Assembly: GCF_001194135.2 (NCBI RefSeq)
Contig: NC_068984.1
Span: 133,648,390 to 133,712,389 of the forward strand
Length of the DNA: 64,000 nucleotides
Direction of reading: 5' to 3'
Origin: Octopus bimaculoides
Lineage: Eukaryota
Positions 50,452 to 64,000 of the stretch are shown one piece after another. The number at the start of each line of letters is the position of its first letter. Position 1 is the stretch's first letter. Below the pieces are notes generated by a model. It was not told the DNA's origin and ran no database searches. It saw only the letters and a list, made by a program, of their open reading frames with translations. The translations under genes and the position numbers were made by a program.

Positions 50452-51499
50452 GCTTCTAACCCTACCAAGGAGAAGTGATTATCTCCCTTTTATTAACTGC
50501 CTGATTGGGAACATTGCAGACTCTCAAATTAGTTTATTTTAAAGTTCATATATTTTCTATATGTAGTTATTATATATTAGTGTCAAACTGAAATGAAAAT
50601 GTAAGAAGTAGAAGTATTGGGGTGAAACATTCCAAAAGCAAAACTGTCAAATGAGGTGTGACAATGTACTAGCACCAAATCCTTTTTCAGTGTCAGAAAT
50701 GAAGAGGAAAGGACCTTCACTCTAAAATTATTTTACTTCGGTCAAATCGTCCAACCCATGCTAGCATGGAAAGCGGACGTTAAACAATGATGATGATGAT
50801 GACATTTTAAGTGGACAAAAAGTTAAAGCAAAAGTGACATGCTGTTTAATCTCGGGCTAGCCTTGATCAGGCAGATCTAAGATCAAAAACATTGTAGCAT
50901 TGCTACAATGTTTTCACCCCTGCTCTTCCCTTCTCACGCTTCCTCTTCTGGTTAGTCCCTTGACCATTGACGTCATGGCCCTCTTCCGGCTCATCCCCAC
51001 AGCTATTATACTTGCTAATTATACTGCTGAGGCAACAAAAGCTGTCTGCTATTTCTAGTGAGCCATCCATGCATTTAAGAAAATCTGTTTCCAATGTACA
51101 ATACTTGGGTTCTGACTGCATATAATGAATGCACAGCACTCATTAACAATTGGCAGAATTTTATTTCACTGCACAAATATTTTCCATGTTGGTCATAAAT
51201 TAAAGATGCATCAACAAAGTTTACACACTGAAAGGATAATTGTATAGCTCTTATGAAAAGTTGATAAAGAAAGCTTTGTAATTATGCTGCCAAGACAGGA
51301 GAAAATATACACACTGGTGAACTAGAGTTGCTGTCAAGGTTGATTTAAAAAGTCATGAGAACAATTGTTAAAAGGAGCAAAATGAAAATGTGGCTAGCTT
51401 AGCTGCAGGTGGCCACAAACTGAAGTTTGGCACTCAAAATGTACCTATTTATAAGTTTCGTAAAGGAGTGTTTGAGCAACTTCTTGAAAGATGTATCAC

Positions 51500-51920
51500 A
51501 TGATGTGTTGATGCTTATTGGTCCATCACTTGGCTGATCACATGAAAAAGCTGTTGCTAAGCTGTGATTTTAACCTGGCAATTTCCCAATTTGGTCTCAA
51601 ATCTTGCTACATGTTCATAGTATGTACTGTTCAAGTGCATCTATTACATATGGAGCTTATGTTCTTTGTTACTCTGCCTGTGATTCCACTACATTATATG
51701 TGTATCCATTGGGTTACAGTATATGGAATTTTTACTTACTCCTTTTCTGAGTATCAAGCAAGGCCATTTCTCTGAAGATATCACGGTCCTGTCTTCTTTC
51801 TTACATACTAAAACCTTTGTCTTTGCTAGGTTTACCTTGAGACATTTCAGTTCTAGGCTTATATTTAATGCCTGAAATTTTCTTTCAAATTTCACTATTC
51901 ATTCAGCCATGAGAACTATA
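51500..51920 (-). mobile_element. RTE-type LINE reverse-transcriptase fragment
   Basis: KFQALNISLELKCLKVNLAKTKVLV...KWPCLILRKGVSKNSIYC: RT thumb-region 'GLKVNLAKTKV' followed by a degenerate Cys-rich motif. Confidence 0.75.
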
Positions 51921-52272
51921 TTATCAACAGCCTGTCTTATACTCCTCTGTGATGACCTGTAGAACTAAGATGAATAGGAGAGGACTGACCCTTGATGAAC
52001 TGAACCTTTATACTAAATTCACTAACTGCATCTTTGTATACAGCTTGTACAGTCTCTTACAAGTCTCTCGTAGCTGCCTAGTTTCCTTAATGACCACTAG
52101 ATTACTGTGTGTCTTCTTGTATATAAGCCGAACCAATGTTTCAACGTTGGTGTATATATACGTGTATGTATACACTTTTAAAAATGCCACTTACATATGA
52201 GAACGAGATATATAGCATTAATTAATGTTGCCTAGCTGCGTTGTTTTGCCTCAGTTCAGCCTTGATAAAATA

Positions 52273-52500
52273 TTGGGTTGTGCGGAAAGTTCGTGCTGAT
52301 TTATAGTAGCTTACCTTTCGACTTATTTGCCATGAAACCACCTCAATTCTGGGAAGAGGGTATTTTCAAGTTAAAGGGAAGATGGAGACGTATTGTGCAA
52401 CAAAATGGTTCATATATGGTTGATTATAAATGTAATGGCAAGTATTTATTGACCTTTTTCTTTCCTTTAAAAATCGGCACGAACTTTCTGGACAACCCAA
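52273..52500 (+). mobile_element. Mariner-derived MITE (internal deletion derivative)
   Basis: TA|TTGGGTTGTGCGGAAAGTTCGTGCTGATTT ... AAATCGGCACGAACTTTCTGGACAACCCAA|TA. It retains the transposase C-terminus FWEEGIFKLKGRWRRIVQQNGSY. Confidence 0.85.
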
Positions 52501-53307
52501 TAGATAGATTAAAAGAGTTCGAGATCTAACCGTCACATTTTACTTCGTCATAGTCTAGCTAAAAGTACAATATCCAAAGTATCGTTTCGTTTTTAAGACG
52601 GTAGAATATGACTTGAAAGAGATTGGATTCTAATTCTTGTAGCTCGAGCAACTATGTTGACTCGCTCGATTATGGCGATAATAAAGTTCGACTGCTATTT
52701 CAAGCGAGGCATGGAGATGCTCTCATTACATTGCCTTGCTTCGTTGCAGGTCAAGCATGATCGATATTTGTTCAAAGGTATCTCAGTTTTAACCACACCA
52801 TCCTTTTGTATATCAAAGATACATTGTCCAGTGTATTTTGACAGGAAAAATGTCCTTTGAGGGAAATTTAGAAATATTTCCAGCCGTTCAAACGACCATG
52901 TAATAGCTCTCTCTGCGGTTGACTTGGTTTTAACACTCATCTAAATACCTGTACTTAATGCTTAAACTTGTTACATTAACAGGTGGATAGCATCATAAAG
53001 AGCTAAAATACTTTGCAAACAATGATCTGTAACTTTTTCTTTCGTGAGTTTGTATTGGTTCTCCTTTATACACCTACAGCCCTTAGTCGATCTTGAAACT
53101 GATTTTATTCGAAAAACTTGTTTACAACTTTGTCATTTTAAGAAATAAAAATATAACAGCAAACACATTTTCAAGCCAATGAAAAACACCGACGGAATCC
53201 CCAAATGTATTAATTGTTTATACATATAATAATTTAATATTATTTGAAGTATATAAAAGAAAAACATCATAATCAAAAAAATTAAGGTGCAATGTTGACA
53301 ATAAATC

Positions 53308-53333
53308 GCGGGAAAACCCTCTCAAGTCACGTG
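53308..53333 (+). promoter_or_regulatory. Candidate MSH6 proximal promoter elements: E2F site and E-box
   Basis: GCGGGAAA (reverse complement TTTCCCGC, E2F consensus) at 53308-53315 and GTCACGTG at 53326-53333, about 90-115 nt before the ATG in a CpG-retaining patch. Confidence 0.5.
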
Positions 53334-53422
53334 GCTTTTGACAACGCGGTAGATTTCTGTGTGTCTGTAGTTTGGTTTACAAATACATTCACTAGTGCCT
53401 TCGTTGACCGTAAGAAGTAAAC

Positions 53423-56400
53423 ATGGGGAAAGTCAACACGATATTTTCTTACTTTTCAAAGACACCCAAGAAGACTACCGAGAATCAAGTGCTTTCTCCG
53501 AAGACTCCGAGTAATTCAGGTAGCAATAGCAATCTACAAGCAACATCTAACAACACCACACCAACTAGTAGTAAAAAGACGAATGAGAAAAATGGCGAAA
53601 TTACTCCTGGTAAGACAGAGATGAATTAGCATGTTTTATATTTGCTATGATAAAAAATTAATGTTTAATTTTCGTAAAAATATCAGTAGACGTGATGATG
53701 TGGTAGCCATACATTCGTTGTACAGGGTGTCCAGTAGCAAAGTTATTGATTGAGTACCTGAGAGTGAAATAGAAACATGAGTAAATATAAAAAATATTTA
53801 CAAATTTTCTATCGTCTATATCTATAAAATAAATTATAAAATTTAAAATTTGTGTTGCCCTTAATATTTTGCTGACTTTAGTGGTAGCTTTAATTTTTGC
53901 TTTAACTTGGTTTTCAACATAAAGAAACAAAACTTTTCTTGGACTCGAAGGAAGAATCAATATCTTAGTTCATTGTCTTGCAATCTAATTGGATTTAATC
54001 TAGCATTTTTTTGTCTGCTTTTTCGACTTTGTTTAAATACCATTTATTTTAATGAGAATGGTTTTCTAAATATGACTGAAAACAACCTGCTGTCTTTAGT
54101 GAAAGGGTCTTTTAATTCGATGTCATTCTCATGTAGTGTTGTTAAGTTAAATATGTTTTGGGCCAATACTGGCCGAAATCAATGTATGAAAAAAAAAAAA
54201 AACTTCCACAGTCGATACAAATCTAAGGGAATGCAATGTTATAGAGAAGTAGTTCATTTGATAGTTTGTGAAGGGTCACAAAAGTTTTATTGTTAGTATC
54301 GCAGGCAGTGCCTCCGCACAGACTAAATCGAATGACTGAAACTAGTTAATACCCTTAAAATTTCATAGTTTATAGTAGCGGCGTAGCTAGAGTGTATGAT
54401 CCTGGGACAAGATCTTGATTTTGCTTTTCCGTCGGCAAAGTCTATATAGGCCCAGAAGTGCTGCGACCCTCTCCTCCTCGTCATTACTCTACTGGATTTA
54501 TATAACCTTGTCATTGAGTATCATGGTCCCTTATATTTCACTATTTCACTCTCTACATTCTGATGAATAATTGCCGACTTAATTGAAGTCTTCAAAAAGA
54601 AAAAAAAAAATGCATTTTTCAAGGAGAGGTGCGATTCTGCATTAGCCCGATCTGTGCATTATATCATTTTTCTTCCGGCGAAATTCTGGTTTAAGTAGAA
54701 TCTCTTTATACTATCATTACTTATAAACTGTTGCGTGTAAACAATGTAAATAAAATACCTCGCTACATTCAGAAATATTTACGGTTTGTGAAACACCTTA
54801 ATCTAGGTTTGTTCAGATAAAGTAATTCATATCAAAAATTTGGACCCTGAATTCTTCTCTACCTACACACTGGGGATAGCTGCAAACTGCAGACTACGTT
54901 TTAGTATAAAGAAAATATACCACTTATTCGGTGTCTTTAATTCATATGTCAGAAGAGAAACAGTTTTGAAATATATATCATAGTTCAATCATTGTAGCAT
55001 TGTAGTTATTGCCAGAGAAATAACAACCTGTCCTCTCATCCCCTCTTTTTCCCTTACACTGACCCAAATTTTCCTGCCTCTACAAAACTTAAAAACCTAC
55101 TAGCCAACAAGAAAGCTTCTAGGGGGGTTACTCTATCTGCTAGAAATCGTAGCGAAATATTCACTCTTAATAGGATACATTGGATAATGTAGTTCTCGAT
55201 ACATAGTCTTGAAAGCGACTGTGCAATCTACCCCTATCTACTTCTACTCACTTCATACCTTGAGGGGCCACCTGGACACTTTATCATCACTATCTCTGAA
55301 GCTCCTACTGATCATTCTCACTCTCTCTACTGAAAGTGAGCAGCCATGCAGCTCCTCTACAAGAATCTGTTCTGCCCTCCCACCTCTCATTTTAACCCCT
55401 CATCCCCTGCCATAGAGCTAGTTCCCCTCCTTAAGGGTTTGTAACCTTTTGAGATGCATGGTAACCTCACTAGTGCTGTCGCACATAAAAAAAGCACCCA
55501 GTACATGCTATAAAGTGGTTGGTGTTAGGAAAGGCATCCAGCTGTAGAAACCATACCAAAGCAGACAATGGGGCATGATGTAGTCCTTGGATCCATCGAA
55601 TTCTATCAAACCATCCAACCCATGCCAGCAGAGAACATGGATGTTAAATGATGATGGTGATGATCCGGTGCTCCATTGTATAAAGTAGTGAGTGTGTGGC
55701 TTTCTCTTAGTCTTTAACCAACTACCTATGGGTTGTAGGTCTATTTGATCAGAGGTGATGTGATGTTGCAAGTGACATATTTTTACTTTTTTAATTCCAA
55801 AACAAAAATATACTGTGTTAATGTGTGTTCCTTGAATATTTTAGTTCCTGATTTTTTTTTTGAAACAGTTCCCTTCAATGTTCTTGTTTGAGAGAATTAA
55901 ATTTGACTTCCATTGCAACTTTTCCATAGCATTTTGGGTTGTTTAATGTAGAATGAGATAGAGTGAAGTCGTTATTTTAATTACGAATAAGGTTTCCTGA
56001 AATGGAACTAGTTTTTTCTTTTTCAATTACAGTAACTTACAGTTATATGAACCAACAATGGCGATTTTTAGGAATTCTTCCAGTTTTCAGATAATTTCTG
56101 GGCAATGGGATTCCTACCTTATGTAGAAAAAGAAATGCAATTAAAAAATGTTCTCAAGACGGAGATAATATCTAGTTGTGATGCTGAGTTGAATGATCAG
56201 TTCTTTTATAACAACACTTTTGGTATATTATTACCATGGAAACAGAATTTTTCTCTTGGTGTTTTCAATTAATTCAGTTCCTAATGTTTGTTTTTTTTTT
56301 TCTTGCAGAATTTGAAGTTGGTGATATTGTATGGTCAAAGCTTGAAGGTTATCCATGGTGGCCTAGCATTGTATGCAACCACCCAACTTCTAAGGTTCAC

Positions 56401-57340
56401 ATCAAGAAAGGCAAAGTGACGGAGATTCATGTTCAATTCTTTGATGACCCAATTTCTAGAGCATGGGTTAAAGCCAGGTAGATTTATTCATTTTGCTTAT
56501 TTTTATTGTTTTGTTTCACTATTAAAGGTAAAGGTTACCTTCTAGAGTCAGGCCAACTCATTAGGGCTGGTTTCCATGATTTATAAATTCCCCACCTGGA
56601 TGGGATGCCAGTCCATCACAGTGTTTCACTATTGTTGTAGAACTAATCAAGTTAATAACTCTATATTTATTTCCTCTCATTTTAATGCATTGGGTGCTTA
56701 TATACATCCAGATAGTCTTATATGTTATTGTTGTTTAGGCCTCAAGTCAACCATGATAGAGCAGAACTATGACCAAAGATATTACCCTAACCCTAATGTC
56801 CTTTTTATTTTGTATATCTAAGACTACATTGTCTAATAATTCTTTTCTCTTTAAGACAGTTGGTTGTGAGTGAGAGATATTTGGTTGCTATTTCTTGTAG
56901 AAGTAGGTGTTATACATGGGGATTCTCTTCTGCTGCTTTTCCCTGCAACTCAGTGTTAGTTGTACTCTGCATGTTCATTGAATCTTTTAAAAGAAAGTTA
57001 CTCTTGTAAGTTATGTCCAAAGATTCTCTTCCACTGTTCATCACTACAGCACATAAGTAGACCAATTTCTGACTAGCTGACTCTGAGGTAAATTTCTTGC
57101 CGGAAATGTGTCATAGAATAATGCAGTCCTGAATACACCATTGTTTACTAAAAAAAAACCCCAAAATCATGACTTGAATATAGTTGATCATGTCTGCTCA
57201 GTCAGGGCGTTTTGGGTATAAACACATTTTTCTGATCCCCCTTACATTCTCTCAAGTATTCCTCAGAAACTTTATCTCCTCCAATTTATTCTTAATAAGG
57301 GTACCCATTTTATAAGCATACTCTTATGACACCACTCTTC

Positions 57341-57379
<39 letters not shown>

Positions 57380-59698
57380 TCAGTTTTTATTCGATTCTCC
57401 ATTTTAGATTTGTGAAGCCATTTACTGGGGCTGATGCCAAAGAAGCTAAAACTGGTGGCCAGTTTTTCTCAATGGATATGTCTCAAAGGAAAGCAACCAA
57501 TGATGCTGACAAGGCAGTGAAAATGACAAAAGAAGATAGACTTGGGCTTATTACTGAACTTCAGCCATCTGAAGATGAATTTGAAATGGACGACTTAGAT
57601 GGTGAGTTGGTCTTCAAATATAAGGTGTAGTGATTCTGTTAGGCTGGTTTTTTTTAGATGGTGTGAGAAGGCTGTTGCAATGTGATTGGTAGCATAGACA
57701 GTGTTTTAAAAATAATTTTAGGTGATCTGTGTTAGGATGCATTTGTTGCATTTTGGACAAAGAAGGTTGGTGATAAACAATTCTGACGGAGGATTTGAAA
57801 CCGTATCATGAAAATTGTTTGAAAACAATTATTCGAAAAACAGTTATTCGAAATAAATATAATTTGTGTACTTGATTTTTAATTTTATCGTTTTTGTTTA
57901 AATGAAATAAAAAATTTAGAATAATTAACATTTCGTATAATTGTCCTTTTGAATAATTTTCATTCATTTGAATTTTCCATTCGAATAAATGTTTGTCAAA
58001 TAATTGTTTTGGAACAATTATTTTCGAACAATATTCACATAATCTTTGAAACAGACTTCATGTTTGTTATAGAATCTTATGGAAAAATGTGATTAGAAAT
58101 AAGGAAAGAATAAATATCTAAAGTCTTGAAAAATGGTTACTGCAGGCCTATAAGAATGTTGATATTGTGGTTGACATTGGCATTCGTTTTTTTACACGTC
58201 ACTTTATTGTTATTTTTTATATTGTTTTATTAGATATTTTTGATGAAGAAATGGAAGAAGGTGATTCAGAAAAGAGCAAGGAAAATTTGGATGTATCTAA
58301 TACAGTGAAAGAAAAGAGTTCTAAGGTAGGAGTTTAGAAAAATGTTAACTATAGTTTACCTAACAGCCTCTGTGTCCATGGTTAACCAGTCACTAATTTT
58401 TAATACATTTAATCACACCAGCAAAATCTTTTGTGGCTATATTGCTATTAAATGAAGGTGTATGTCATAGTGGTTTAAATATTCAGCTCATGATCACAGT
58501 GTCATGGGTTCAACTCCTGTACTGGGCAGCTTAGGTCCTTGAGCAAGACACTTCATTTCATGTTGCTTCAGTCTAAAAATGTGATGTCTAGACAAGGGTA
58601 CACACAACAGGTTTCTTTCAGTTTCCATTGACTAAATCCACTCACAAAGCTTTGGTCAGTATGGGGCTATAGTAAAAAAAAACACTTGCCCGAAGTACTA
58701 TACAGTGATACTGAACTGAAGACCACATGGTTAGGAAGTAAGCTTTTTAATCATACTGCCACATTTTTACCTATATCCACTATATGTGCCATGTGTCTAT
58801 AACCAGTATATTTTTGTTAAATAGAATGTGGACCTGTTTTCGATTATTAGTTAGAGGTGTTGCTTTTTTTTGCTTCAGTGTTCTTACATAAATAAATACA
58901 TACATGTCTGTTATCTCTCTGTTTGAAATTTTATGTCAAAGAATTCTTATAAGATTTTAATTTGCTTTATTTTGTAGTCCAAGGAAGATGAAAGCAAAAG
59001 TTCAAAACCACCCAAACGTAATGCAAACAAACGACGCAGAATTATTGTAGAACCAGACAGTGGTGATTCCAGTAAGTTTTTAGTATACTGAATCTTTGTT
59101 ATCTTCTACTCAATACTTGAGATATGCCAATGTCTTTGACTAGTGTCTGTCACTCATGAAGTACACTTGATTGATATTTGGTGGGGAAATGATTCATTAT
59201 GGTCTCCAGTTCAGTCCCACTGCATGGCCCCTTATGCAAATGTCTTCTACTGTAACCTTGGGCCGACCACAGCCTTTTGAGTGGATTTGGTAGATGGAAA
59301 CTGAAAGAAACCTGTGTATGTTCATTTGTCCCCCACCACTGCTTGACAACCTGTATTGGTGTGTTTACATCCCATTAACTTAGAGGTTTGGCAAAAGAGA
59401 CCAGTAGAATGAGCACCAGGTTTTAAAAAATTATTTGTTGGACTAAAATTCTTCAAGGTGGTGCCCCAGCATGGCCACAGTCTAATGACTGAAACAAGTA
59501 AAAGATTAAAAAAAAAACAGCTAAAAAGATATGGCTGGTCTTGCATACTGAGTGATTTGTTTTTTTATATTGGCTTTTCCATGCTGGCATGAATTGGCTG
59601 ATGACTTGCTGAAGTAAATGAATTATTGCTATGCAAGAACAGTCAGATCACCTCCACCACTGAACACATATGCAAAATACAAAGAAATAAATGATTGG

Positions 59699-59737
<39 letters not shown>

Positions 59738-62700
59738 CGTTACTTTGCAGACGTTAAATGATGATGACGATGCTGATATTTGTCTTGTGATAAACCAGTT
59801 TACTTTTCATCATTTAGGTGATGATTACAAAGCTTCCTCTGGTTCTGAGAGCAACTCAGATAGTGTAAGCAGTGGAGTTGATGAGGATAAATTATCTGAA
59901 ACAGGGTCAGAACCTGAGGCGTCACCTGTCAAGGTAGGTGTTGTTTGTTTTCTTTTCATTTCAACTATCTAAAAAGCTCCAGTGCTTTTTTTTTTTTCTG
60001 AACTATGTTTTTCAGATCTCTTGCAGGTGAAACAAAAAAAGAAAAATAGTTAAATAGTAATAGGGGCAGGAGTAGGCCTACAAAGGTCTTTGGTACTGCA
60101 TACTTCTAAGTAAACCACACAAAAATAATTAATTTTGGCTATAAAGTGAAGATACTATTGACTAAAGGTGTTTAAACTTAACTAATATAAGCCATTGCAT
60201 TCTTCTGGACAAAGTTCATGACCTTGTTTTAGTTTTCCTGACAAACTAAAGTTTTGTTCTTCATATTTGTGATGTAAATAGACATCAGCTTTAAAAGCAG
60301 TTTTTCCAAAAAACATACAAGTGTTTGTTTTACAAATTTTTGAAAATTTATTATTCACATCAGCATGGTTAAAATGCTGGTCAAAAATGAAAACAAAAGG
60401 ATAATGAAGGTTTTGAAACAAAATTTGGCATTATTTATTGAAAAATGGAAGTTATGTTCAAACAACTCTGATAATCATCTTGTTTTATCTATGTACAAAC
60501 AGAAAGCATCTCGGAAAAGAAAACTGCCTGGTTCTACTCCTACAAGTGTTCAGAAGTCTTTATCTTCAAGTTCAGTTACTCCAGAACGTTCTCCTTTTGT
60601 TGGATCTATAAGCTCAGCTACAAAATCTAAACTGTCTCTTTTCTCAGCTCCTGATTCTGTAAGTATTTGAATCTTCATCTAAAAAGTGAGATTTACTGGT
60701 GTTGTTCTAATGGTAGTTGATTTGTTATAGGATCTTAATTTCTGTTGACAGAAGTGTTGGGTGTCATGGGTTCAAAAGAGATCAATACTCATTCTATCAA
60801 AATATCCCTTCTCCCTCTCAATTTTCTGTAGAGCTTTATTCCCTTCATTTTTAAACACTCAGTAAATTTCAGCGGAGGTTTAATTTAGTGAGCATGCTTT
60901 GTGCACAGCCAGTCTCACTCTCTTCAAACTTGTGTCAGTCTGGTGCAGGATTTGTATGTAGCTACCTTCTCTCAGATGAGTAGCTAAAGGGACCCATCTG
61001 CTCTGGGTTTGTTGGAGTGTCCGTGAATGACCTTCTGGTCACTGATAGCTGGAACCCTGCCTGACAAGTACTACTACTCTGGGTCAGAGTAGATCTTGGA
61101 ACAATGGTGGCTTTGAGGTGGTTCCACCCTCCTCAAAACGGCACCCCACTACTGGATACAGTTTAAAGTCACCAAGGACTTAAATCATATGATGTTAGTC
61201 ATAACTAGTAGCAATATAAATCCACCCAGTTTAGTACTTTATTTTATATCCCACTTTGAATAAATAGCAAAGTTGATGTTGGTGTAATTTGAATTTACAA
61301 TGTAAAGGACCATAAATAAATCCCACTAGGTATTTTGTTTGATGCCTTACCGATTCTGCCATTCCACCACCATATATGTCTATTTCAGTTTCTTCATAAG
61401 TTTCAACCATTTTTGTTTTAGTCTTCTCCTTCAGCTGGAGACAAAATGGAACCATCAACATATATGCATATGACCTTGGACTTCTTGAAACCAGACAAGT
61501 TGAAGTAAGCATGCTTTAAAAACCTTTTTAAAACCATTTCTGCATTTAATCAACTGTGATTCTAATGTAGTTTATATTGCAAAATTGCATTGTGTTGTTA
61601 GCTTGCATACTAGTGAATTTGACTTTATAGCCAAGGCAGGGAGCTAGTTCAAGATGTCTTGTCATTTTGGATAGCTTCAGTCCATGTTGATCAATTGAAC
61701 CTTTAAAGTAGAATAACCAATAACCAATCAAATACATACTGCTAAGCCACAGAACAATAGCAGCTGATAGAACTGACATTTTGATTACTGGTACTTGTAT
61801 TATTAGTGGTTTTAAATTCTAGCACAACGCCAGCAATTTCGATTGTATCAGCTCCATTACTTAACTGGTTACTTACTTTATGAACCCCTGATGGATGAAA
61901 GGAATGCAAAGGGCCAGAAGAAATGCCACCAAGCATTTTGTCCAGCATGTTTACAATTCTGCCAGCTCACCACCTTTATATTATCAATGTAATTAAATAA
62001 ACATTTCAACAACTATACATCCTAAATCATTCTTTCTATCAATTCTTAAAATAATGAAGAATTTACTAAAAGATGTTTTCCTGAGGCTTAAAACAGTGTC
62101 ATCGTCCTTTACAAGACTGCCACATTATGTTGGCATATTAACATTACTAAAATAGCTTTGCCATTAAGTTGGTGTTTGGAACATGAAATTTTGATGGCAG
62201 ATTTTAATTTAGATCACTTTAAAAACAAGGTTTGTATTGCACAACTAAAGGTAACCTCAGGTGATTTGGTATCAAAAAGGGTTAATAAAACTTGACATTT
62301 TGGTTGTTTTAAGAACAAGTTAGGGGAAAAGATTAATATGGCTGCCTAATTTTCTGAGGTAGCATAGATTGCTAACTGACAAGGTATGTTCTAACAGGCA
62401 ATAAGATAATGGCTGGAATATTCAAGTAACAAATGGCTTTAAGAAAATGTTATTTTTTCATCAATTATTTTGTTTCTTTTTCTCACAAAATCTACAGGGA
62501 CAAAAACGGACGCCTGAAAACTCATCCAGATTATGACAGCCGTACTCTGTATGTTCCAGACTCTTTCAAGAGTAAAGTTACTCCTGTAAGTTATATCCAA
62601 GAAGTCCACCAAAAAATTTGTTAATTTTTGATTTGCAACTCTTTAATTCTTACATTAGTTTTGTTTGATCAACAGGTGTTAATTTAATGTCTGTCTTTTC

Positions 62701-64000
62701 ATGTTGGCATGGCTTAGACCTGAGTAAATTTGAGGCATGATTGTCATGGATGGTTGTTTTTCAAGTGTGGAAATATTATTCTGGAAGACTTTGAAAGCAC
62801 AGAACTAGCAGATAATTGGTTGACAAGAAATGTCACCAAATTTCAGCACCAATAGCCTGAACATAAAATAACATCATTGTAACTCAACTGCAAACTACCA
62901 GTTCAATATAGTCTTTTAAATATTGACACACACATAAAGATGTGAGCATGTCTGTCAAATTCCTTCACAAAGCATTTGTCAGGCTGGGGTTATAGTAGAA
63001 GACTATATCCAAAGTAGTACATAGTGGGACTGAATTTGTAGCTACATGGCTGAGAGACAAACTTTGTAACAACACAACCTTAAGAATTTTTATTAATCCT
63101 TGATAAAATAGAGAATTTGGCAAGAACTATCAATTGAATAGTTTTAAGTTTGACTCCAGTACCTTCTGTGCTTGCTTAAGTTTACCTGGCTATTAGGAAT
63201 AACTAACAGATCATTTGGGATTGTCACCTGAAATAGACCAGCATCTATTCTATCCAGTGGGGATTTTTTCTTTCATCTGTGAATGTAGAGCCAAGCTCTA
63301 GCCATTTCAAGTTTTTGTTGACCTCTCTTCAATGCCTTGGACAGCAAAGGGAATATATATATATCCAGGTGTGTGTGTGCGTGTGCAATAAAAAGGTGGT
63401 AGAAGAGTAATTTGTTGGTTCTGAGTTGAGCTAGCATGGGTTGATTACACTTGGATAGTGTTTGTTGGTGGGAAGGAGACAATATTTATTATTTTGTGAT
63501 CATATTGTCAGAATGTGGGTTGCTTATACATTTTTCTTTTGCTTGTTTATTTGTGACTTTGGGTGTATTTGGAATGTTTGTGGCCTACATGAAATTGTTG
63601 TCAGGTGGTTTGCAAAGAGTTTTATCTCCTATCCCCTTAACTCTTTTGATACCAACCTGCCTGAAACCGGCTCTGTAGTACAGATGTCTTATTTTCATAA
63701 GTTCTGAATTAAAATCTTCCAAACGTTAGTCCCAATTTATGTTCCTAACACTAGCTTAACGATAACTAAGTTGTTTTACTAAATTCTTTGTTATAATTAA
63801 AATTAATCGAAAGAAACACAGCTTCTCAAAAGAAATACAGTAATGAAAGGGTTAATGCATGGGAACCTGAAGATAATCATTTGATAGATGATAATTCTTA
63901 ATTTTATGTAATGATTCTTTGATCTCCAATACAACTTATTCCATTCCAGGCTATGCGGCAGTGGTGGGAGATGAAATCAAATCATTTTGATACTATCCTG
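53423..64000 (+). CDS. MSH6: DNA mismatch repair protein MSH6, 5' part (partial); join(53423..53609,56309..56477,57408..57601,58234..58325,58978..59071,59818..59933,60503..60658,61422..61504,62498..62585,63950..>64000), first 410 aa
   Basis: N-terminal PIP-like box KVNTIFSYF. PWWP domain (FEVGDIVWSKLEGYPWWPSIV...HVQFFDDPISRAWV), then an acidic/Ser-rich linker with KRRR. Then MSH6-typical HMTLDFLKPDKLKDKNGRLKTHPDYDSRTLYVPDSF...TPAMRQWWEMKSNHFDTIL. All splice phases are consistent. Confidence 0.96.
57803..58045. mobile_element. Probable MITE with TTCGAA sub-repeats in MSH6 intron 3
   Basis: ATTGTTTGAAAACAATTATTCGAA at the left is imperfectly inverted by AATTGTTTTGGAACAATTATTTTCGAACAAT at the right. 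Confidence 0.45.

Overview
AT-rich, microsatellite- and SINE-dense eukaryotic DNA with four N gaps. The repeat families look like an octopod cephalopod; this is inference, not a database result. Three protein-coding genes can be assembled by hand with consistent splice phases. (1) POLR2K/RPB12 (+, 32876-35603, 61 aa), whose last intron is U12-type. (2) The 5' part of MSH6 (+, 53423 to window end, 10 exons: PIP-like box, PWWP, start of MutS domain I). (3) Between them, an uncharacterised minus-strand gene (46989 to 42424, 139 aa; alternative 216 aa form) with a GIY-YIG-like fold whose catalytic Arg and Glu look substituted. Downstream of that gene's stop codon, on the same strand and after a GTAAGT donor, lie six copies of the C/D snoRNA U16/SNORD16 (36597-41460). 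This suggests one transcript that is both an mRNA and a multi-copy snoRNA host. The rest is mobile DNA: tRNA-derived SINEs, RTE/Tx1 LINE remnants, decayed mariner/maT/Tc1 elements and several MITEs, one family with 6-bp TSDs and internal TAACCC repeats. There is also a degenerate hammerhead-ribozyme-like motif at about 18.7 kb. No gene could be confidently assembled in 3-27 kb.
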